This document shows positions 47,609-57,788 of a DNA stretch of 64,000 bases, one piece after another. The stretch spans positions 633,299 to 697,298 of the forward strand of contig CAVVNT010000001.1 in the NCBI GenBank assembly GCA_963749675.1, in the 5' to 3' direction. Position numbers and translations under genes: made by a program. The DNA is from an uncultured Alphaproteobacteria bacterium. Lineage in GTDB: Bacteria > Pseudomonadota > Alphaproteobacteria > Rhodobacterales > Rhodobacteraceae. Under the pieces are notes generated by a model that worked only from the letters and a program-made list of their open reading frames with translations, did no database searches and had not been told where the DNA came from. Positions within the stretch are counted from its first letter, which is position 1. Every line of letters starts with the position of its first letter.

Positions 47609-47640
47609 GGACTGGGGCGTGGCGCGACACGGCGGGAAGG

Positions 47641-48302
47641 TCAAGACGTGCCGCTTGCTACGCACAGGGATGCGAACTCACCAGGAAACGTCGAACACAC
47701 CGTCCCGAAGAACAGCCACCACAATCCGGCAGAATTTAGTTTCAGTCCGCCGGTCCCTATCTCCTTTATCTTCTCATGGATGGCATTGTCGGCCGCTTCC
47801 CGATCGGCGAGCGCGCGCTTCATCTCGTCGTCATGGGCGCGGGCCCGATCGTCGCTCTCCTTCTGATGCGCGCTCAGGTCGTCGCGCACCCTCCTCACGT
47901 TCTCCTCGACGGCATCGAGGCGCTGCTCGACGGTGGCTGCCTCTGGGACGCCTGACCAGCCGTAACCCCTTCCGCCAGCCAAAGCGGCACCAACAGTTAT
48001 TCCACCTGCGCCGGCAACCGTGCGGCCACGAAAGCGCGGGAAGCTCGACACCCACGTCTTGGCTTGCGCCCATGTCCCGGGCACCTCGAACTGCTCACGC
48101 GTTCCCCGGATGCCGATCCAAACGATAATGACACCCAGGAGTTGAAGGAGGAACCCAACGAAGCGGAAGGAAAATTCGGTAGGGACGAACCACGCAACCA
48201 GCGCTGGCAGCCCGAGACCGACGAGCGGACCCGAGTAGACGTGCCAACCGTCGCTCAGCCAGACAGCAATTCTTTTTTTAGGTAAGAAACGACGGCACTC
48301 AA
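47641..48302 (-). CDS. Hypothetical membrane protein (TM-TM-coiled coil-TM), frameshift in an A7 tract near the 5' end
   Basis: Frame open from ~48320 to 47641 with no early start; a GGAG-preceded TTG at 48302 joins it if the A7 tract (48273-48279) were A8. Confidence 0.55.
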
Positions 48303-48378
48303 CGCGGGAGCTCCATCTGGTTCAGGCGGGGGCCAGTAGACTTGGCGGAGGCGTCGTCTTCCGGGCGGCTGGGTTGGC

Positions 48379-49842
48379 CTACTCCGCGGCCTTCAGCCTG
48401 AAGCCGCGCTCGATCATGTCGGAGGGGGCGACGGGGTAGTCGCCCGAGAAGCAGGCGTCGCAATAGGCGGGCTGCGCGGGGTCGCGGGGGGAAGCGCCGA
48501 CCGCGCGGTAGAGGCCGTCGAGCGAGATGAAGCGGAGCGAATCGACGCCGAGATGGTCGCGCATCTCGTCCTCGGACATGGTCGCGGCCAGCAGCTTTTC
48601 GCGCTCGGGCGTGTCGACGCCGTAGAAGCAGGGCCAGGCGGTGGGCGGGGAGGCGATGCGGAAGTGAACCTCGGCCGCGCCGGCGTCGAGGACCATCTCC
48701 TTGATCTTGCGGCTGGTGGTGCCGCGCACGACGCTGTCGTCGACCAGGACCACGCGCTTGCCGCGGACCAGCGCGCGGTTGACGTTGAGCTTGAGGCGGA
48801 CGCCGAGGGAGCGGATCTGCTCCGTCGGTTCGATGAAGGTGCGGCCCATGTACTGGTTGCGGATGATCCCCATCGCGTAGGGAATGCCGGACTGGCGGCT
48901 GTAGCCGATCGCGGCGGGCGTGCCGGAATCCGGGACCGGGCAGACGAAGTCGGCCTCGACCGGCGCCTCACGAGCCAATTCCTCTCCGATCGCGCTGCGC
49001 GTCTCGTAGACGGAGCGGCCGCCGAGGATCGAATTGGGGCGCGAGAAGTAGACGTGCTCGAAGATGCAGAACCGTGGGCGGGCCTTGCCGAAGGGCGTGT
49101 GGCTTTCGACCCCCGCCTCGGGCGTGATCACGACCATCTCGCCCGGTTCGACCTCCCGCACGAACTCCGCACCGATGATGTCGAGCGCGCAGGTCTCGGA
49201 GCTTAGCACCCAGCCTTCGCCGATGCGGCCGAGGACCAGCGGGCGGACGCCCAGCGGGTCGCGCACGCCGATGAGCTTGGTCTGTGTCATCGCGACGATG
49301 GAGAACGCCCCCTCCACCCGGCGCAGCGCGTCCTTCATCCGCTCGGGGATGGAACGCTGCAGCGAGCGGGCCATCAGGTGGATGATGCACTCGGTGTCGG
49401 AGGAGGACTGGAAGATCGAGCCGCGATCGATCATCTCGCGCCGCAGCTCTACCGCGTTGGTGATGTTGCCGTTGTGCGCGATGGCGGCGCCGCCCATCGA
49501 GAACTCTCCGAAGAAGGGCTGCACATCGCGGATCGCGGTGTTTCCCTTCGATCCGGTCGTGGAATAGCGCACGTGACCGATGGCCAGCGGCCCCGGCAGC
49601 GTGTCTATCAGCTGCGGATCGGTGAAGTTGTCGCGGACGTAGCCGAAGCGGCGTGCCGAATTGAAGCCGTGCGACGGGTCGTGGCTGACGATGCCCGCAG
49701 CTTCCTGACCGCGATGCTGGAGCGCGTGGAGCCCGAGAGCCACGAACGTCGCTGCGTCGGCGAGGCCGGTGACGCCGAACACGCCGCACTCCTCTCGTGG
49801 CCTGTCTTCGTGCCAGGCGGAGTCGAAGGAATGTGGGAGCAT
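48379..49842 (-). CDS. purF: Amidophosphoribosyltransferase
   Basis: EECGVFG; LQHRGQE; GHVRYST; VDDSVVRGTT. Confidence 0.98.
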   Translation of the reverse strand: MLPHSFDSAWHEDRPREECGVFGVTGLADAATFVALGLHALQHRGQEAAGIVSHDPSHGFNSARRFGYVRDNFTDPQLIDTLPGPLAIGHVRYSTTGSKGNTAIRDVQPFFGEFSMGGAAIAHNGNITNAVELRREMIDRGSIFQSSSDTECIIHLMARSLQRSIPERMKDALRRVEGAFSIVAMTQTKLIGVRDPLGVRPLVLGRIGEGWVLSSETCALDIIGAEFVREVEPGEMVVITPEAGVESHTPFGKARPRFCIFEHVYFSRPNSILGGRSVYETRSAIGEELAREAPVEADFVCPVPDSGTPAAIGYSRQSGIPYAMGIIRNQYMGRTFIEPTEQIRSLGVRLKLNVNRALVRGKRVVLVDDSVVRGTTSRKIKEMVLDAGAAEVHFRIASPPTAWPCFYGVDTPEREKLLAATMSEDEMRDHLGVDSLRFISLDGLYRAVGASPRDPAQPAYCDACFSGDYPVAPSDMIERGFRLKAAE

Positions 49843-49934
49843 GAGCGAATCCCGCAGGAGGCAGCGTTCGGCTACTTAATGGCCCATGTGGCCGATGTCA
49901 CCAAACCTTCATCGCCCTAGCCGGCCGAATAGCA

Positions 49935-50492
49935 TCACGAGCCGGTGCAGTTGCTCACCAGTTCCTCGTAGCGGCTGACGATCCAGCCGGGCGCGTCCTC
50001 GGGTATCTGGCTGTCGATATCGTCATGCGCGCGGGCGAAGATGGCGGCGGTCCGGCTGTTGTCGATGGCGGCCACGGCCTCGCCCACCACGACGCGATCG
50101 TAGACGATGAACGCGACGGCGACGAGCAGGAGGCCCCGCGCGACTCCGAAGATGAAGCCGAGCGCCTGGTCGACGCCGCCTATCGCGGAATTCTGGATCG
50201 CAGACGAAAAGAGCGGCGTGAAGATCGAGGCGACGACAAGCGCCACGGCGAAAACCGCGGCAAAGGCGGCGATTGTGGACAGCTCGCACGACCCCTGCAG
50301 GAATTCTCCGGCGTAAGGGATCTCGAGGACGAGCGGCTGCACCGCTCCCGCGAAGAGGAAGGCCAAGATCGCCGCGGCGACCCAGCCCGCGATCGCCATC
50401 AGCTCGCGCACGAATCCGCGAGAGTAGGCCAGGATCGCTGAAAGGACGATGATGATCGCGACGATCACGTCGACGATTGTGAAACCTTCCAT
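49935..50492 (-). CDS. cvpA: CvpA-family membrane protein
   Basis: SRGFVRE; DQALGFIFGVARG; upstream of purF. Confidence 0.92.
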   Translation of the reverse strand: MEGFTIVDVIVAIIIVLSAILAYSRGFVRELMAIAGWVAAAILAFLFAGAVQPLVLEIPYAGEFLQGSCELSTIAAFAAVFAVALVVASIFTPLFSSAIQNSAIGGVDQALGFIFGVARGLLLVAVAFIVYDRVVVGEAVAAIDNSRTAAIFARAHDDIDSQIPEDAPGWIVSRYEELVSNCTGS

Positions 50493-50516
50493 GCCCGCTC
50501 CGGTCCCCTTCACGCC

Positions 50517-51866
50517 TCAGCCGGCGCCAAACACCTGACCCACGAAGCTGCCGATGTCCGGAAAGGTGCTGGTTTGCAATCCCTCTCCGACTCCCTCGCG
50601 GCCGCGCTCGGGCAGGATGGCGTGGGTGAAACCAAGTTTCCGCGCCTCTTTCAACCGCGTTTCGGTCTGCGCGGCGGGCCGCAGCGCACCGGAAAGGCCA
50701 ATCTCGCCGAAGACGACGGCACCTTCGGGCAGCGCGGCATCCTCCCGTGCGGACAGCAGAGCCGCGGCGACGGCGAGGTCGGCTGCCGGCTCCGACACGC
50801 GAAGACCCCCTGCGACGTTGAGATAGACGTCGAGGCCGGCGAACGGGATACCGCAGCGCGCCTCGAGCACGGCGAGGATCATCGCCAGGCGTCCGCCATC
50901 CCATCCGACGACGCTGCGGCGCGCTTGGCCCGCTGGCGCCTGCGCCACCAGCGCCTGGATCTCGCAAAGGATCGGCCGCGTGCCCTCGATCCCGGCGAAG
51001 ATCGCCGAGCCGGGGGCTGGTCGGTCGCGCTCGCTCAGGAACAGCTCTGACGGATTCGCGACGCCGGCAAGGCCGGAACCCGTCATCTCCCAGACACCGA
51101 TCTCGTCGGCCGGGCCGAAGCGGTTCTTGACGGCGCGCAGGATGCGGAAGGCATGCCCGCGCTCGCCCTCGAAGTAGAGGACGGTATCGACCATGTGCTC
51201 GACGACGCGAGGTCCCGCAATCTGTCCGTCCTTCGTGACGTGCCCGACCATGATCACCGTGGTGGCCCCCTGCTTGGCGAGAGCCGTCAGTTCGTGAGCC
51301 GCCCCGCGCACCTGCGCGACGGAGCCCGGTGCACTGCCGATTGCGTCGGACCACAGCGTCTGGATCGAATCGACGATGGCGAGAGCGGGACGCTCTGACT
51401 CGAGTGTCGCGAGGATGTCGCCAAGGGCAGTCGCAGCGGTCAGCTCGACCGGCGAATCGGCAAGGCCGAGCCTCTGTGCCCGCATGCGAACCTGTGCGGC
51501 GGCCTCCTCGCCGGAGATGTAGATGCAGCGGGCGCCGGCGCGCGCGACCAGAGCGGCGACCTGAAGCAGCAAGGTAGACTTCCCGATCCCGGGGTCGCCG
51601 CCAACGAGGACTGCGGCGCCGGGCACAAGGCCGCCGCCGAGTACGCGGTCGAACTCGTCGAAGCCGGTCGCCGTCCGTGCCAGTGGCGGCTCCCCGGCGG
51701 AGAGCTGGCCGAGGGGCAGTACCTGTCCGAACGCGCGTCGTGCGGACGTCGATGTTCGCGGCCTCTCCTCAACGATGCTGTTCCAGCTGCCGCAATCGTC
51801 GCATCTGCCGGACCACTTGCCGTGGATCGCACCGCAGACCGAACAGGTGAAACGCGCCTTTGCCAT
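50517..51866 (-). CDS. radA: DNA repair protein RadA/Sms
   Basis: C4 zinc finger; GDPGIGKSTL; KNRFG. Confidence 0.98.
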   Translation of the reverse strand: MAKARFTCSVCGAIHGKWSGRCDDCGSWNSIVEERPRTSTSARRAFGQVLPLGQLSAGEPPLARTATGFDEFDRVLGGGLVPGAAVLVGGDPGIGKSTLLLQVAALVARAGARCIYISGEEAAAQVRMRAQRLGLADSPVELTAATALGDILATLESERPALAIVDSIQTLWSDAIGSAPGSVAQVRGAAHELTALAKQGATTVIMVGHVTKDGQIAGPRVVEHMVDTVLYFEGERGHAFRILRAVKNRFGPADEIGVWEMTGSGLAGVANPSELFLSERDRPAPGSAIFAGIEGTRPILCEIQALVAQAPAGQARRSVVGWDGGRLAMILAVLEARCGIPFAGLDVYLNVAGGLRVSEPAADLAVAAALLSAREDAALPEGAVVFGEIGLSGALRPAAQTETRLKEARKLGFTHAILPERGREGVGEGLQTSTFPDIGSFVGQVFGAG

Positions 51867-51898
51867 CCGGCGGGTCTAGTCGCCGGAGGTCGAGTGCG

Positions 51899-52198
51899 TC
51901 AAACAGGCTCGTCGTGCTCTTCGGGCGTCTCGTAGGTCAGTCTGCCGAGCGCACGGGCCGCCGGAAGGATGATCACCGTGGCGAACCCGACGTAAGCTAG
52001 AGTTGCCGTTCGGATGAACGACTCGCCCGCAGCGAACAGCGCCGTGAGATTGAGCAGCACCATGAACGCTGCGAAGACTGCGCATCCGAGATAGACCGCG
52101 CCCTTGAAGCCGCTCGTTCGACGCCAGCGAAGCACGCAGATCGTCGAGACGCTCGCAGCACAGATGATGGCGAGAAGCGTAATCGTCGTTTCAAGCAT
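51899..52198 (-). CDS. Hypothetical small membrane protein (3 TM)
   Basis: Three hydrophobic segments; GGAAGG RBS before the ATG at 52198. Confidence 0.55.
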   Translation of the reverse strand: MLETTITLLAIICAASVSTICVLRWRRTSGFKGAVYLGCAVFAAFMVLLNLTALFAAGESFIRTATLAYVGFATVIILPAARALGRLTYETPEEHDEPV

Positions 52199-52646
52199 AA
52201 GCCTTCCTCGGGCCAAAGCCGCACACGTCATCATACGAAACTGGATCGACAGCTCCAACCGTCCTCGACTCGGCCGGGAAGAGCCTCACGCGCCGGTACA
52301 GGTTGCTTCAATTGGCAGGCTTTTGGAATAGGCGCGGCGGCGGGACGTGTGGGTCTTCGGCAGTCATGGCGACGCGACCCCGTCGAGGGACAACGTTCGG
52401 CCTCGCGATGCGAGAATGCTCGCCATCACGTTTGCGGTCCTACCGGCGCCCCAGTGCGCCTTAATCTGCGAATGGCTGAGACCGGAAAAAGGTGCAAGGC
52501 AGCACCGACTGCGCCGCCTGCCCAAACCGTGGTTCCAGCCGTCTGCACCCCGGGGCCGTGCGATCCCGGCCTCCGAGGAGGCCCGCGTCCCAGACCTCGC
52601 CGACCGTCGAGTGCCGGGTCAGTTGTCATGACTGCCGCAAGCGCAG

Positions 52647-53639
52647 CTAGTTCCTGAGCACGACGCACGCACCGCCCATGGATCGTAGCCGCTCGCAGAA
52701 CTGGTTCGCCTCCGCTCGCGTTTCGCGGCCGACCTGCGCCATGTGCATCGCGCGGCGCATCCCGAGTGTCTTGCCGAAGGTGTACTCCACGCGTTCGGTC
52801 CGAAGCAGGGACGCATACCGATTGCGCAACCGCCGGACCTGGCGCTCCATTCCCTGCTCGCTGACGTTCGACGTGAAGATCACGCCCCAGGATGGGAGCG
52901 GCTGCCGAAAGCCCTCGAAGGTCCGTCCCTCGGCCTTCGCCACGCAGGCGTCGTGAAAGCTATCCGCTTCTTCGTCGAGGACGCGAACCGTCGAGTGCGG
53001 AGGCGCGTCACGCCAGACGGTCGCAGGTTGGCCGGTGATCGTCACGACGTAGTTCCACGTCTCGGCGGGAAGCCCGGTGGTGCGGGCGAGGTATCGCTCG
53101 AGACGTGCCTCCCCGGCGTTGTAGGCGGCCGCAGCGAGCCCGATGTTCCCATAGACTTCCGTCAGATCGGCTATATAGGCCGCAGCGGCCCACAGCGCCT
53201 CGGCCGGGTTGAAGGCGTCACCGAGGCCACGGAGTTCTGCGGTCCCCGGCATGAACTGCGCGATGCCCTCGGCGCCGGCCGGACTGACAGCGCGCGCGTC
53301 GAAGCAACTCTCCTCCCAGATCAGGCGGGCAAGGAAGTTGGGGTCCAGGTTGCTTTCGACAGCCGCGGCTTGGATGGTCCTGCAAATATCGGCGAAGTAG
53401 TTCGTGACGCTCACGCAGTGCGCTCCGTCCGCCGTGCACCGCCTGGGCGCCGATGCGTCTGGTCTGGCCCGTGGCCGCAAGCCGCCGGCCGTCGGAGCGT
53501 ATGACGGCTGCTCGGAGCGCAGAATCTGCGGGTGCAGGACATGCGGCGGCAAGACCAGGGCGATCGACGTCGCCAGAATACAAAGGAACGCTCTCGAGAT
53601 CATCACTGGCAGAATGGTCCAACGACGCTCTCGCCTCAA
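52647..53639 (-). CDS. SLT-family lytic transglycosylase with a SPOR-like C-terminus
   Basis: LIWEES.F...SPAGAEGIAQFMP; AAYNAG; ET.NYV; start uncertain. Confidence 0.88.
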   Translation of the reverse strand: MRRERRWTILPVMISRAFLCILATSIALVLPPHVLHPQILRSEQPSYAPTAGGLRPRARPDASAPRRCTADGAHCVSVTNYFADICRTIQAAAVESNLDPNFLARLIWEESCFDARAVSPAGAEGIAQFMPGTAELRGLGDAFNPAEALWAAAAYIADLTEVYGNIGLAAAAYNAGEARLERYLARTTGLPAETWNYVVTITGQPATVWRDAPPHSTVRVLDEEADSFHDACVAKAEGRTFEGFRQPLPSWGVIFTSNVSEQGMERQVRRLRNRYASLLRTERVEYTFGKTLGMRRAMHMAQVGRETRAEANQFCERLRSMGGACVVLRN

Positions 53640-53906
53640 CTGACCCGAAGGGTCACGATTGCCGCGTCACGCATGGATGCGGCGCGGAGCTGCCTTGCCG
53701 GACCGCCGCCGCCGCCCACGTCGAACGACGAGCTGTTCGACGTGGCCCATGTTCGACCGAATGGCGGTGCATCGCCTCCCGGTCGCGCCGCCACCATCTA
53801 GCTGGCCGGCAGGACCACCGCCATCGCCTCCTACCGCCGCCACCCAGCAGGCGGCCACGGATCCGGCGACCGGGCCGAGCCGGGCGCACGCGGCATCGAC
53901 GTGACC

Positions 53907-54362
53907 TCAGATGAGCAGCACGAACAACGCCACGCTCAGCACCCCGCCGAGCACGGCAGGCCCGCCCGTGCGCAAGTCCGCCGGCAGGTCGAACAGCAGG
54001 CCAGCGGCGACGGCACAAGCGCCCGAGTCGAAAGACCCGAACCATCGCCCGAGCGGGACCATGGCGAGCGCCAGAAGTCCGATCACCACCGGCCCGACCG
54101 AGATCGGCCGCAGGCCCGGCGCCGCCGGACAGTACGGTCTGGCAGCCCGCGGCCGCGAGTGTGGCGAAGGTGTGCCGGACGGTCGCGAGCGGCTGCGTCG
54201 CCAGCAGCACCGCCGCCGCAGCGAGCAGCAGGCCCTGCGCGGGGGTCTGCCAGGGGATGCAGCAGGCCGGCGTATAACAGGCCGAGATCGCCGAAGGCGT
54301 CGTGCGTTGCTGCGCCTGAGGCGCGCCAGCGCCGCTAGCAGCAGGAGAAGCCGGTACCTCAC
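53907..54362 (-). pseudogene. Degraded HupE/UreJ-like membrane gene (second of a pair)
   Basis: HDAFGDLG..YAGLLHPLADP / AQGLLLAAAAVLL spread over several frames. Confidence 0.5.
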
Positions 54363-54835
54363 AGTGTTCCAATCAGGAAGCCAAAGCCGGCGAGGGCGAT
54401 GACCCCTCCCACCGCGCGAACGGCATTGGCGCCGGGCCGTGATCTCGCCGACAGGCCGAACGCGATGCCTGCAGCGCACCGGTTGCGATGACAAAGCCCG
54501 CGGCATAGGTCGGCGGGCTCGCCGCCGTCGGCATCTCTTTCGCTTGTGCGTGGCCGTGGAACACGGCGAAGACTGCAACGACGACCGCTGCGATCCAGAT
54601 GGGCGGGCGCATCGCCATCGACGGCGCCGCCGATCACCATGGCCGATGCCGCGATGCCCATCTCGACGGCGGGGAAGGCGATCCCGGCGCCGCCCAATGC
54701 CATCAGCAGCGGAAAGGCGACGGGCAGGATCCAGATCGCCGGACTACCGAGAAAGGCGCCCCAGAGGCCAACGGCAACCATCGCCGCCACGTGATCCCAG
54801 CCGAGGATCGGATGCAGGAAGCCGGTGGCGGGATC
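54359..54835 (-). pseudogene. HupE/UreJ-family Ni/Co transporter pseudogene
   Basis: GFLHPILGWDHVAAMVAVGLW; FAVFHGHA; YAAGFVIATG split by frameshifts; 5' end missing. Confidence 0.8.
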
Positions 54836-54890
54836 GAGAGTTGCGCTGCGTCTCAACGGTCGCACAGACGGCGCGCGCTGACCCGACGCT

Positions 54891-56297
54891 TCAACTCTCC
54901 AGCCGTGTTGCGCCGCGGCGGTCGGCGTCAATGGGCAGTTCGATGTGCAGCGGCTGGTAGGCGCGCTGCGTGCAGCCGAGGCGCGGGCAAATCTGGCAAT
55001 TGATGCCGATGGGCGTGACTGGTCCCGGGTCGCTGAGGTCGAACCCGTCAGCATAGCCGATCCGGCCCGCCTCGCCGATGACGCAGCCCAGCCCGACCGC
55101 CAGGCGCATATCCTGGGTGTCGCGGCTGAAGACCGGACGATTGACCGTCCGGCTGAGCGTGAAGTAGCGCGCGCCATCCGGCAGCTCGACGAATTGCGGC
55201 AGGATGACGTCCGGATTCCGAAACGCCATGTGGATGTTCCAACGCGGGCAGGATCCGCCGTGATCGGCGAGGTGGAACGAGGTCGAATTGAACCGCTTGG
55301 TCACGTTCCCGGCCTTGTCGACCCTGAGGAAGAAGAATGGCACGCCCAGCGCCCCTTCCCGCTGGAGCGTCGTCAGGCGGTGGCACACCTGCTCGAACGA
55401 CGTGCCGAAGCGCGCCGCGATCATGTCGATGTCGTAGCGCGACGATTCCGCGGCGCGCAGCACGGGGTCGTAGGGCATGAGCAGCGCCGCCGCGAAGTAG
55501 TTCGCGAGTTCGACGCGGAGCCGCGCGCGCCCCCGCTCCTCTCCGATCTCGCTGTGGCGGACCTGCGCCTCGATCGTGTCGGCGCCTTCGACGAGGCCCA
55601 GCACGTGCGCGAGCTGGAACACGCGGTTGGCGTGGTCCAGCGCCTCCGAGAGGCGCAGCTCACCCAAGTCCCTGTCGAACACCCTCAGGGTATCGGGCAG
55701 CCTGTCCACCGGCTCGATCCTGAGGGTGATGCCATGGCGGCCGGCAAGGCGCGCCTTGAGGAGGCCGTAGGTGTCGTCGCCGTCGAACCGCTCCTCGGCG
55801 CGCACATCCTCGGCCAGACGCTCGAGCACCGGGAAATGGTTGCGGTGGTCTCGAAAGAAGTCGTGGATCAGCGACTCGAGCGACTGCCCCAGCAGCTCCG
55901 GCGGAAGGGCGCCGGCTCCCCCCCGGGTCACGCTATCGACCAGGCCGCGATAGCGCTTCTGAAGATCCAGGAACGCCTCCACCAGCCGCGGCGCGTGGTC
56001 GAGGGCGGCGCGAAGTTCCTGAAGGTCCGGCCTTTCGCCGCGAAACACGGGATCCTGGAGCGCGTTGCGCAGGTCGGCGAGGTGTGTCGCGGCGTCGTCC
56101 TTGAGCAGGTCGCGCCAGTCGACGCCGTAGGCATCGCTCAGCGCCATGAGCATCCGGACGGATAGGCTGCGCTGGTTCGTCTCCATCAGCGTGACGTAGG
56201 CGGGGCTGACGCCCAGCTGCTTGGCCATCTGCGCCTGGGTCTGGTTTCGCTCCCGCCTCAGCTGGCGGAGCCGCGGGCCAACGAACGCTTTCGCCAA
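54891..56297 (-). CDS. XRE-HTH short-chain fatty acyl-CoA regulator family protein (ScfR/RamB/PccR type)
   Basis: N-terminal XRE HTH; ANYFAAALLMPY; SFEQVCHRLTTLQR; C-terminal CxxCxRxxCxQR. Confidence 0.92.
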   Translation of the reverse strand: MAKAFVGPRLRQLRRERNQTQAQMAKQLGVSPAYVTLMETNQRSLSVRMLMALSDAYGVDWRDLLKDDAATHLADLRNALQDPVFRGERPDLQELRAALDHAPRLVEAFLDLQKRYRGLVDSVTRGGAGALPPELLGQSLESLIHDFFRDHRNHFPVLERLAEDVRAEERFDGDDTYGLLKARLAGRHGITLRIEPVDRLPDTLRVFDRDLGELRLSEALDHANRVFQLAHVLGLVEGADTIEAQVRHSEIGEERGRARLRVELANYFAAALLMPYDPVLRAAESSRYDIDMIAARFGTSFEQVCHRLTTLQREGALGVPFFFLRVDKAGNVTKRFNSTSFHLADHGGSCPRWNIHMAFRNPDVILPQFVELPDGARYFTLSRTVNRPVFSRDTQDMRLAVGLGCVIGEAGRIGYADGFDLSDPGPVTPIGINCQICPRLGCTQRAYQPLHIELPIDADRRGATRLES

Positions 56298-56321
56298 GAG
56301 ACGCCCTCCCTTAGTAACAGA

Positions 56322-56358
56322 ATTACAATATGGCGGTCTGTAATGTCCTACGATTACA
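56322..56358. promoter_or_regulatory. Candidate operator in the divergent promoter region
   Basis: ATTACA-11 bp-TGTAAT-8 bp-ATTACA in an AT-rich gap between the regulator and the aminotransferase. Confidence 0.45.
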
Positions 56359-56471
56359 CACCAACACGATTATGCGTGTCAATTCCAGCCGGATCGCTAC
56401 CTAGGCGACGGGAGGCGGACGGCCGAGTCGCGGCAGGCCTCGCCGGAACGTTGCTCGCGAGGAGGATCCCG

Positions 56472-57665
56472 ATGAGCTTTCAGAACCCCGTATTCGTACC
56501 TGGGCCGACCAACATCCCGGAAGCGATCCGTAAGGCATGTGACATGCCCACGATCGATCACCGCTCGCCCCTCTTCACCGACATCCTGCGTCCCGCGCTG
56601 GACGGCGTCCGCAAGGTTCTGAAGAGCGAGACGGCCGAGATATTCGTCTTCCCGGCAAGCGGCACCGGCGGATGGGAAGCGGCGGTGACGAACTGCCTTT
56701 CGCCTGGCGACAAGGTCCTCGCGGCGCGCAACGGCATGTTCTCGCACCTCTGGATCGAGATGTGCCGGAAGTTCGACCTCGACGTCGAAGTGGTTGCGGT
56801 CGAATGGGGAGAGGGTATCCCGGCCGATCGGTTTCACGAGATTCTTGCTGCCGATACAGACCACAAGATCAAGGCAGTCCTCGCGACCCACAACGAAACC
56901 GCGACTGGCGTCGCTTCGGACGTGGCCGCCGTCCGCAGGGCCATCGACGAAGCCGGACACCCGGCGATGCTGTTCGTGGACGGCGTGAGCTCCATCGCCT
57001 CGATCGACTTCCGGATGGACGAATGGAAGGTCGACGTCGCCGTGACCGGATCGCAAAAGGGCTTCATGCTGCCCGCCGGGCTCGCCATCCTCGGCGTGAG
57101 TCAGAAGGCGATGGCTTCGCTCGACGCGTCCGAGCTCCGGCGCAGCTACTTCGACTTCCGCTGGATGAAGAACGGCTACGACCAGGGTTCGTACCCCTAC
57201 ACGCCCTCGGCGGGGATGCTGAACGGCCTGAAGCTGTCCTGCGAAATGCTGCTTGGCGAAGGACTGGAGGCCGTGTTCGCGCGTCACCGGCGCATCGCCG
57301 AAGGCGTGCGCGCAGCGGTGCGCGGCTGGGGTTTCGAGACCTGCGCCAAGCGGCCGGAGATCGAATCCGATACCGTGACCGCGATCCGCACGCCTGAAGG
57401 CTTCGACGCGCAGCAGGTCGTGATCCGCGCGCGCGAGGATTACGGCGTTGCCTTCGGCGGCGGCCTTGGGGACGTCGCGGGCAAGGTGTTCCGCATCGGC
57501 CACCTCGGCATGCTGAGCGACGTCCAGGCCCTTTCGGGTATCGCGACGGCGGAGATGGTCATGGCCGACCTCGGCATGCCCATCCAACTCGGAAGCGGCG
57601 TCGCGGCCGCACAGGACAGCTATCGTGTCGGCTCGGCCACGACGTTGGCGCGCGCGGCCGAGTAG
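56472..57665 (+). CDS. Class V PLP aminotransferase, serine/aspartate-glyoxylate type (Sga/BhcA-like)
   Basis: GGAGG RBS; MSFQNPVFVPGPTNIP; HNETATGV; VDGVSS; GSQKGFMLP; FRIGHLG. Confidence 0.92.
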   Translation: MSFQNPVFVPGPTNIPEAIRKACDMPTIDHRSPLFTDILRPALDGVRKVLKSETAEIFVFPASGTGGWEAAVTNCLSPGDKVLAARNGMFSHLWIEMCRKFDLDVEVVAVEWGEGIPADRFHEILAADTDHKIKAVLATHNETATGVASDVAAVRRAIDEAGHPAMLFVDGVSSIASIDFRMDEWKVDVAVTGSQKGFMLPAGLAILGVSQKAMASLDASELRRSYFDFRWMKNGYDQGSYPYTPSAGMLNGLKLSCEMLLGEGLEAVFARHRRIAEGVRAAVRGWGFETCAKRPEIESDTVTAIRTPEGFDAQQVVIRAREDYGVAFGGGLGDVAGKVFRIGHLGMLSDVQALSGIATAEMVMADLGMPIQLGSGVAAAQDSYRVGSATTLARAAE

Positions 57666-57689
57666 ACCGGACCACCGCACCTCAGCAGC

Positions 57690-57709
57690 GGGGGCCTTCC
57701 CAGGCCCCC
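57690..57709 (+). terminator. Hairpin after the aminotransferase
   Basis: GGGGGCCT-TCCC-AGGCCCCC; no clear U tract. Confidence 0.35.
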
Positions 57710-57788
57710 CTAGCGTTCCGAAGAAAGTTGCATCGCGCGTCGCCGCTTGCTTTGATCGTCCAGGTGGACGGGCAAGGGAGGGCCGCAC

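Noticed and set aside
52200-52640. Intergenic stretch with several short ORFs
   Set aside because: No recognisable protein motif, RNA structure or repeat that I could support.
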